A stretch of DNA of 20,000 nt from an uncultured virus (IMG/VR IMGVR_UViG_3300037112_000094) (taxonomy: Duplodnaviria; Heunggongvirae; Uroviricota; Caudoviricetes), in IMG/VR virus record IMGVR_UViG_3300037112_000094, positions 51,220-71,219 of that record. One strand, written 5' to 3'. Within the stretch, counting starts at the first letter, position 1. Every line of letters begins with the position of its first letter. Shown piece after piece: positions 14,910-20,000 of the stretch. The notes under the pieces were generated by a model that saw nothing but the letters and a program-made list of their open reading frames with translations, was not told the origin of the DNA and made no database searches. The position numbers and the translations under genes are program-made.

Positions 14910-16190
14910 TTAGCCGATGGCGGTGAAGCCGAAGGCATATGCGTTCTGACGTGGTTGGTTACAGTACAGGTTCGTTGCCAACCGCATGAAGATCGTGTCG
15001 ACGCTCACGTTGTTCCACTGGCTCGTCCTGCGCACGCCGAAGTTCCATCCCGGCTTGTCCGTGGTCCTGAGCTTGAACGTGCTCGGCGTCAGGAAGTAGA
15101 CGGCCTCGGACGGCTGGATGATCGAGTTCGATGGCAAACCAGAGTTCGTCGGCGACAGAAGCGAAGGTGCGCCTGTGGTGCTGAAGAACTGCGGAGTCGT
15201 GTAAGCAATCGTCGTGGTGTTTGATCCCACGCCGTCGACCAAGGACGTGTTGCCGGAAGCCCCTGCGTTGCCGCTGAGCGGGATGTAGTACTGCGCTGTA
15301 GCGGATGGTGCGAGGGGATCGGAGTAAATCTGCGTCCCGTTGAATTCGAGCGCGTCCCACGTGATGTCGTGCTTCGTGTTCGAAATATCGCGCCGGTATG
15401 CATCGAGCGCAATCGCGATGGCCTTGAAGCCGAAGACGTTCGTGATGCCCAACTTCGGCTGTCCGCCCGTGACCTTGCACTGCGACCAAAGCTGGATCAA
15501 CGAACCGAAGTTGATCTGGCCGGGGTTGCTCGTTGACGGCGCTGCCGCCGTTCCGGTCGTAACCTGCTGGCCGAGGTAGAGCGGCGTCGTGTTGATCGCA
15601 ACGCCAACCGCGCCGTTACGAGCCTGCTGGCCGTAAGAGGTGTAGCGGTTGCCGTACAGCGACGTGTCGATGCCGTTGTTGAGGGCCTCGTCCAAGCCGT
15701 TCGACACCTTGTAGCGGTTGTCCTGAACGGTCGATGAAGATTGCTGCCCGTGGCGGAACGAGTCCATTTCGAGCATGGTGTTGATCTGCATCACGAGAGC
15801 TTCCATGAAGATCGCATACAGATCGAAAATGCGCGAGGGACCGGAGTTGATGACGCCGCCCGTGCCGGAGCCGTCGTCCATTTCCCAGTCGTCCATCGGG
15901 AACCAAGACGCGTACCCCTTCTCGTAGAACTTCAGCTTGTCGGTGATCTGCTGGCGCGTTACCGTGATCGTCTGACCCGGATTGACGCCTGCTCCCTGCG
16001 GACGACCGTAGAGGAAGGGCTCGGTCATGCCAGCGCCGCCAAGGTACGGATCGGCTACTCCCGCACGGCGTAGCTCTTCGAGGAACGGAGTTCCGACGAA
16101 GAAGTTATTCCAGACTACTTCCTTGCGGACGCTCTCCAAGTTCGAAGAATCAATTTCGTTGAAGAGAGGATCGGTCGGTGTCGTTGGCAT
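14910..16190 (-). CDS. Major capsid protein (HK97-fold inferred)
   Basis: 426 aa after the scaffold, strong C/G third-position bias. NNFFVGTPFLEELR...GGAGMTEPFLYG, LEFNGTQIYSD, VYFLTP..FKL and NLYCNQPRQN resemble podovirus capsid proteins. Confidence 0.8.
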   Translation of the reverse strand: MPTTPTDPLFNEIDSSNLESVRKEVVWNNFFVGTPFLEELRRAGVADPYLGGAGMTEPFLYGRPQGAGVNPGQTITVTRQQITDKLKFYEKGYASWFPMDDWEMDDGSGTGGVINSGPSRIFDLYAIFMEALVMQINTMLEMDSFRHGQQSSSTVQDNRYKVSNGLDEALNNGIDTSLYGNRYTSYGQQARNGAVGVAINTTPLYLGQQVTTGTAAAPSTSNPGQINFGSLIQLWSQCKVTGGQPKLGITNVFGFKAIAIALDAYRRDISNTKHDITWDALEFNGTQIYSDPLAPSATAQYYIPLSGNAGASGNTSLVDGVGSNTTTIAYTTPQFFSTTGAPSLLSPTNSGLPSNSIIQPSEAVYFLTPSTFKLRTTDKPGWNFGVRRTSQWNNVSVDTIFMRLATNLYCNQPRQNAYAFGFTAIG

Positions 16191-16236
16191 TTTGGTTTCC
16201 TTTTGGCTTGTTAGGCCGTTATTTCAATCGAACTTC

Positions 16237-17244
16237 TTACGCTACTGCTTGCTCGCGCTCTTCGACAGCCTTGTGGATGTTGTTGAGCGTCAACTCTCTG
16301 CGCTGTTGTTGGGTCAACTTCGTCGGATCGGGCCGCTCGCCAGCACTCGTCGCACGCCGTAAATCGGCGAACTTCGATGATCCCGGAGGCAACTTCACAT
16401 CGCCATTGCTTCCAGCTTGTTCGGCGCGGAGCCGTTCCTTCGCGTTGAACTCGTCCTGAAGTTTCTGAAGCTCCAGCTTGTGCGCTTCGTCCTTGGCCGC
16501 TGTCGCCGTCGCCGCGACCTGATCGTCGTGGGCCTTGGCCGCTGCTTGGCGTGCCGCCTCTTCCTTCTCGGCGAACTTGAACGTCCTCGACGCGTACTCC
16601 ATCGGGCTCAGTTTTAAAGCCGTCGCCTGCGTGATGAGTTCGCTCGGGGCCATTGGAAGCGGTGCGCCGCCGTAGAGCGACTGGTACTTCCACTGGATGT
16701 TCAGAAGTTCGTTCATGCCGTCACCGACGCGGCTGACTACCACGTTCGGGTCGACAAACTGAGGAGTGCCGGGTGTCGGCGGACTGGCAGGGTTCTTTGG
16801 GTCCGGGGTCGGGGCAACGAAGGTCGGCGCGCTTGACGGATCGATCTTGAACTCCTTCAGGTAGCCTTCTCTCTGTGTCTTATAGAACGCCGCTTCGGCT
16901 GCTGCGTCCGTGGCCTTCTTCGTCAACTCGTTGCGTTCCTTCTCCCACTGCGCGATGCCGGGATTGTAGGTGTTGTGCCAAAATTCGTCGACGCTGCGCT
17001 TGGAAAGTTCTGCCGCGTCCTGTGCGGCCTTTGCCGCCGCCGCCGAATCTTCAGCGGCTTTGCGATCAGCTTCGGCCTTTGCCGCCGCCGCCGTCGCTTC
17101 TTGCTCTTTCTGAATCGCGGTCGCCTCTGCTTGAGATGCCGTGGTCAGAACGGTATTGAGTCCGTTGACAGCTTTCGAATCAAGAGCGTCTATCTGCTCC
17201 TGCGTCCAGCCACTTTGTAAAAGAACTTGTCCTAAAGTCTTCAT
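16237..17244 (-). CDS. Capsid scaffolding protein (ATG 17244, alternative TTG 17250)
   Basis: Ala/Glu/Lys-rich coiled-coil segments with a Pro-rich linker, immediately upstream of the capsid gene. GGGAG RBS. Confidence 0.65.
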   Translation of the reverse strand: MKTLGQVLLQSGWTQEQIDALDSKAVNGLNTVLTTASQAEATAIQKEQEATAAAAKAEADRKAAEDSAAAAKAAQDAAELSKRSVDEFWHNTYNPGIAQWEKERNELTKKATDAAAEAAFYKTQREGYLKEFKIDPSSAPTFVAPTPDPKNPASPPTPGTPQFVDPNVVVSRVGDGMNELLNIQWKYQSLYGGAPLPMAPSELITQATALKLSPMEYASRTFKFAEKEEAARQAAAKAHDDQVAATATAAKDEAHKLELQKLQDEFNAKERLRAEQAGSNGDVKLPPGSSKFADLRRATSAGERPDPTKLTQQQRRELTLNNIHKAVEEREQAVA

Positions 17245-17261
17245 AGTCAATATCTCCCGGT

Positions 17262-17759
17262 TTATTGAATTGTTGGCTGTTCCCGCAGGTCCTTCCGACG
17301 AGAAGTGGGTGTTTTGAGCATTGAGAGTTGATCTCTCAGTTCCAACCGATGCTCGTAATTCTTTGGATCGTGGCCCTTGATTCCCGGCCTAAAAACCAAT
17401 CTTTGGTGAGCCAACCCAATCTCTGCCTGCTCGCGCTTGATAACAAAAAAATTAAGGCAATTTGTCAATATCGAAGCTGCGAGTGCGGCTGAGACCTGCC
17501 ATGCATAAGATTTCGCCCAGTTTTGTCCGCCGCGATCTACTAAATAAATCGCTCCTCCAAATCTCTCGCGGAGCCACTCCGGGAGACGGGGATCGGAATT
17601 GTAGACGGCCAATTTCAGGTACGTTAGTCTTTTCCCGCTTGGGTGCATCTTGTTGTCGATCGTTATCGAACCTTCTCCGTCGATGAAGGCGGATAGTCTC
17701 GCCCAATCGATCTCGCTCGGCTCCCGTGTTGGCTTTGGAAATTTCACTTTCAGATTCAC
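17262..17759 (-). CDS. Free-standing single-motif LAGLIDADG homing endonuclease (I-CreI-like)
   Basis: WARLSAFIDGEGSI motif, ERFGG.IY, YAWQVS and FFVIKREQAEI (compare I-CreI FLKLKQKQANL). Confidence 0.88.
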   Translation of the reverse strand: MNLKVKFPKPTREPSEIDWARLSAFIDGEGSITIDNKMHPSGKRLTYLKLAVYNSDPRLPEWLRERFGGAIYLVDRGGQNWAKSYAWQVSAALAASILTNCLNFFVIKREQAEIGLAHQRLVFRPGIKGHDPKNYEHRLELRDQLSMLKTPTSRRKDLREQPTIQ

Positions 17760-17776
17760 CGTTTTCCCGGATTTTG

Positions 17777-18088
17777 TTAGCCCATCATTGGTTGCTGTGC
17801 GCTAGGCGTCGGCTGTGAAGGCGTGACCATCGCAGTCTGTGCTTCGCCTATCGCCTGAACGATCTTGTTCATCTGCGAAGCGATTTGCGGGTACGCTTGC
17901 GCGACTTGCTGCGCGACGTTACTCCAGTTGCCTAGCAGTTGTTGGATTTGATTGGCAGGATTTTGGGACGGTGCTCCTGACTGGGAGCCGCCTGACGATG
18001 GCACCTGAGCCGAAGCGCCGCCACCCGGTGAGGGTGGAGCGGCGCTCGGACTCTGCTGATCTGGCGAAGGCATTCCTGTCGTAGCCAT
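17777..18088 (-). CDS. Pro/Gln/Ser-rich hypothetical protein
   Basis: GGGAG upstream of ATG. Disordered termini around a two-helix core. Head-module position. Confidence 0.7.
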   Translation of the reverse strand: MATTGMPSPDQQSPSAAPPSPGGGASAQVPSSGGSQSGAPSQNPANQIQQLLGNWSNVAQQVAQAYPQIASQMNKIVQAIGEAQTAMVTPSQPTPSAQQPMMG

Positions 18089-18124
18089 GTGCTTCTAACT
18101 CCCGTTCAGAGGTTGGCTACCGGA

Positions 18125-18226
18125 TTAAGCCTTGAGGGCTGACTTCTTGCTGTGGCGCTTGCTGCGACGCTTGCCGCCCTTGGCCTTCTTGACGTGTGCT
18201 CCCTTGAGCGATACGCGATGCTTCAT
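18125..18226 (-). CDS. Very small basic protein, 33 aa (MKHRVSLKGAHVKKAKGGKRRSKRHSKKSALKA)
   Basis: Manual translation. AAAGGAG-aatcacc-ATG. 10 Lys, 4 Arg, 3 His and no acidic residue. Not in the ORF track. Confidence 0.8.
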   Translation of the reverse strand: MKHRVSLKGAHVKKAKGGKRRSKRHSKKSALKA

Positions 18227-18257
18227 GGTGATTCTCCTTTGTGGTTTGAAGTTGGTT

Positions 18258-18324
18258 GCAAACGAAAGCGGCGGCTGAGCCGTTTCGCTCTAGCCGCCGC
18301 TTGTTCCCAAAGGAGGGGGGCACG
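18258..18324 (-). promoter_or_regulatory. Structured leader with intrinsic terminator, copy 2
   Basis: CGTGCC-CCCCTCCTTTGGG-AAC, then a perfect 11-bp stem AAGCGGCGGCT/AGCCGCCGCTT (18302-18292 with 18276-18266) followed by TCGTTT. Confidence 0.72.
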
Positions 18325-18343
18325 CGCTATGATTCAATTCCGT

Positions 18344-18372
18344 AACTTAGACCCTATCCAAATTCTTGTCAA
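18344..18372 (-). promoter_or_regulatory. Sigma70-type promoter for the head genes
   Basis: TTGACA (18372-18367), 17 nt spacer, TAAGTT (18349-18344) in an AT-rich intergenic stretch. Confidence 0.65.
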
Positions 18373-18434
18373 GCAAAATTTTTAGATAAGTCTAAGAGTT
18401 TCTTGTAACTGCGCTTTCCGAGCGCGTCCATGCG

Positions 18435-18674
18435 CTACAGAATCTCATCCTTGATCGCAATTAAATGGCGAACTTTTTCGGACTGCGTCTCGTTCAGCTT
18501 CGTATTCTGCTCCAAGTTTATTCCAGCAACGTGACCGCCATTGTAGAGAACAACCATCTTGCCGTTGCTCTCCATCGTCCGCATGATTTCGTCTGCTTCC
18601 GACACACTTGCCGGAAGGTCCAACGAAACCTCAGTTTTCAAGTAATCCCTTTGAACTTTGACCTTGATCGTCAT
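18435..18674 (-). CDS. Hypothetical protein, 79 aa
   Basis: AAGGAG RBS, directly downstream of the portal. Confidence 0.7.
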   Translation of the reverse strand: MTIKVKVQRDYLKTEVSLDLPASVSEADEIMRTMESNGKMVVLYNGGHVAGINLEQNTKLNETQSEKVRHLIAIKDEIL

Positions 18675-18691
18675 CCAATCTCCTTGTATCC

Positions 18692-19999
18692 CTAACTCGA
18701 TTCCTTCACAACCGTTCTCGCCTCACCGCCTGCTCCGCCTTTTTGCGCGAGCCTCGGCCCACGCTGACCTGAAGGTGGACGGCCTCCGGCGTGTGGTGCT
18801 CCACCTCCACCGCCTCCTCCCTTGCCGCCACCACCCTTGCCTCCGCCAGCGCCTCCGCCTTCTTCTGGAGGTTGCAGACCAAGCTTCTTCATTTCTTGCT
18901 GAGCGAGAGCCGCCGCTAGAAGCTTCATCTTCGTAAGCTCTAACTGCTCCTTGAAATACTTTTGCATCTCTTCTTTTGGATTGGCAATGTCGAGCTTCTT
19001 GAATACCGTGTCCCAACTGATCGGGCAATCTGGAGACCGCTTTAATTGCAGGAACTTCAGTTGCTCCTGCATGGCCGTGATCTTCAGCAACATGCTCGGT
19101 ACAGATATGAGCCTCAGCTTCTTGACGAAGAACTTTGCTCTGGTTGTCAAGTCATAGCGAGACTTTGTCTCCGGATAGAGACCGCTGATGAATTCATCCG
19201 GTAAGTGGCTTGGAACCATCTGGCTCGGATCGTAGTCAAACATTTCCTTGGCGATATTGTCTTGTCCGACGTAATCGATGAGCCTCGCCGCATCGAACCA
19301 CTGCGGGATAAGGAACTTGAGTCTTTCGCCAACGCGCTTGTTGGCCTTCTCGATTCTCATCGCGATTCCCTTCGCGATGGGACCAATCGACTCCAGCATC
19401 TTGTCGGCTGTTTCGTTGGCGATGTTCAGCTTGATGTTGGCCAAGTTTCCAACGTCATTGAGGCCAAGTTGCGCGAGTTCCTTATCGCCGAGGTACTTCA
19501 AAAATTCGCGATTCTCTGCGCCTACATCAACCTCTTTTGGAAGGATCGACTGGAATGTTTTACTCGGCTCGCCGCCCGCCAATCCGAGGCGCACGTCGGG
19601 CTCGAAGATGTCGAAGTGTTCGACCTTCGGTCCACCAGTGCTGTCCAAGTCGTAGCCCATCGGCGGATTGAGCCTAGCCGAGAGAACCTGATCGAAGAGG
19701 CGCTCGTGCTTGCGGATCGTCGACTCAATCGACGCCACGTTCCCAACAAGCGAGCGTCCAAGCGCTTCCCACGCCCAGTCGTCTACCGTGTACTGGATGA
19801 TCGGAATCTTGGAATCCCAATCGAATGAAGTGCCGTCGTACATCGGCCTGTCGAGTCCACCGGAAGATATAATGAGCCGGAGATTGGGGTAAATCCGGCA
19901 ATCCTCCACCATTGCAGGGCGATAGTAAGGTTGCCCATTTCTCATCCCTCCAAAAATTTCTTGACCAAGGTAAGGGACCTTGTAAAACCACGTCGTTCC
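18692..19999 (-). CDS. Portal protein, P22-like, 5'-partial
   Basis: The frame stays open upstream of ATG 19945 to the window edge (GTTWFYKVPYLGQEIFGG-M). IPIIQY..DDWAWEALGRSLV...DQVLSARLNPP and GPIAKGIAMRIE..QWFDAARL portal-like pattern. Gly-rich tail. Lies upstream of scaffold and capsid. Confidence 0.75.
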   Translation of the reverse strand, partial: GTTWFYKVPYLGQEIFGGMRNGQPYYRPAMVEDCRIYPNLRLIISSGGLDRPMYDGTSFDWDSKIPIIQYTVDDWAWEALGRSLVGNVASIESTIRKHERLFDQVLSARLNPPMGYDLDSTGGPKVEHFDIFEPDVRLGLAGGEPSKTFQSILPKEVDVGAENREFLKYLGDKELAQLGLNDVGNLANIKLNIANETADKMLESIGPIAKGIAMRIEKANKRVGERLKFLIPQWFDAARLIDYVGQDNIAKEMFDYDPSQMVPSHLPDEFISGLYPETKSRYDLTTRAKFFVKKLRLISVPSMLLKITAMQEQLKFLQLKRSPDCPISWDTVFKKLDIANPKEEMQKYFKEQLELTKMKLLAAALAQQEMKKLGLQPPEEGGGAGGGKGGGGKGGGGGGGAPHAGGRPPSGQRGPRLAQKGGAGGEARTVVKESS

Positions 20000-20000
20000 G

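Noticed and set aside
14890..14910. Possible terminator after the capsid gene (ACTG-agcgaag-CAGT-TTTTG)
   Set aside because: A 4-bp stem is too weak to call with confidence.
17251..17777. Group I intron or intein hosting the LAGLIDADG
   Set aside because: The flanking genes are complete with their own starts and stops, the spacers are under 20 nt, and no intein terminal residues are visible.
18117..18323. 68-aa minus ORF from the track
   Set aside because: It crosses the leader terminator with no RBS. The frame 18125..18226 has AAAGGAG at proper spacing.
18760..18870. (CCG/CCT/CCA)n-like repeats
   Set aside because: They simply encode the Gly-rich portal tail and are not a separate repeat element.
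1..20000. CRISPR arrays, tRNA/rRNA genes, integrase or IS elements, DGR repeats
   Set aside because: No regularly spaced repeats, cloverleafs, transposase, integrase or reverse transcriptase motifs were seen by eye. The 9697 duplicate differs at all base types rather than only at adenines.

Overview
A 20 kb piece of a tailed-phage or prophage virion and lysis operon, read almost entirely on the minus strand. The head genes look podovirus-like (P22/BPP-1-type portal and capsid). The host may be an acid-soil diderm such as an Acidobacterium, but that is inference only. Gene order from right to left: portal (partial), small ORFs, free-standing LAGLIDADG endonuclease, scaffold, major capsid, two decoration-like proteins, three tiny basic proteins, HNH-AP2 (+), head-tail adaptor-like protein, HNH-AP2 (+), two small structural genes, a 1332-aa tail fibre/spike carrying a Sec signal peptide, two exported Fn3-like proteins, a membrane protein, a membrane-anchored S53 (sedolisin) protease, a Tat lipoprotein, a beta-barrel-like protein, a SleB-type endolysin, more basic proteins and a Zn-finger HNH. 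Four things stand out. (1) At least seven small Lys/Arg/His-rich proteins, five missed by the ORF track, share short motifs. (2) A repeated structured leader (hairpin, A[A/T]CAAGCG, terminator) sits upstream of each group of these genes. (3) The tail fibre and several neighbours carry export signals and paired cysteines. (4) A prodomain-less sedolisin is fused to a holin-like anchor in the lysis region.
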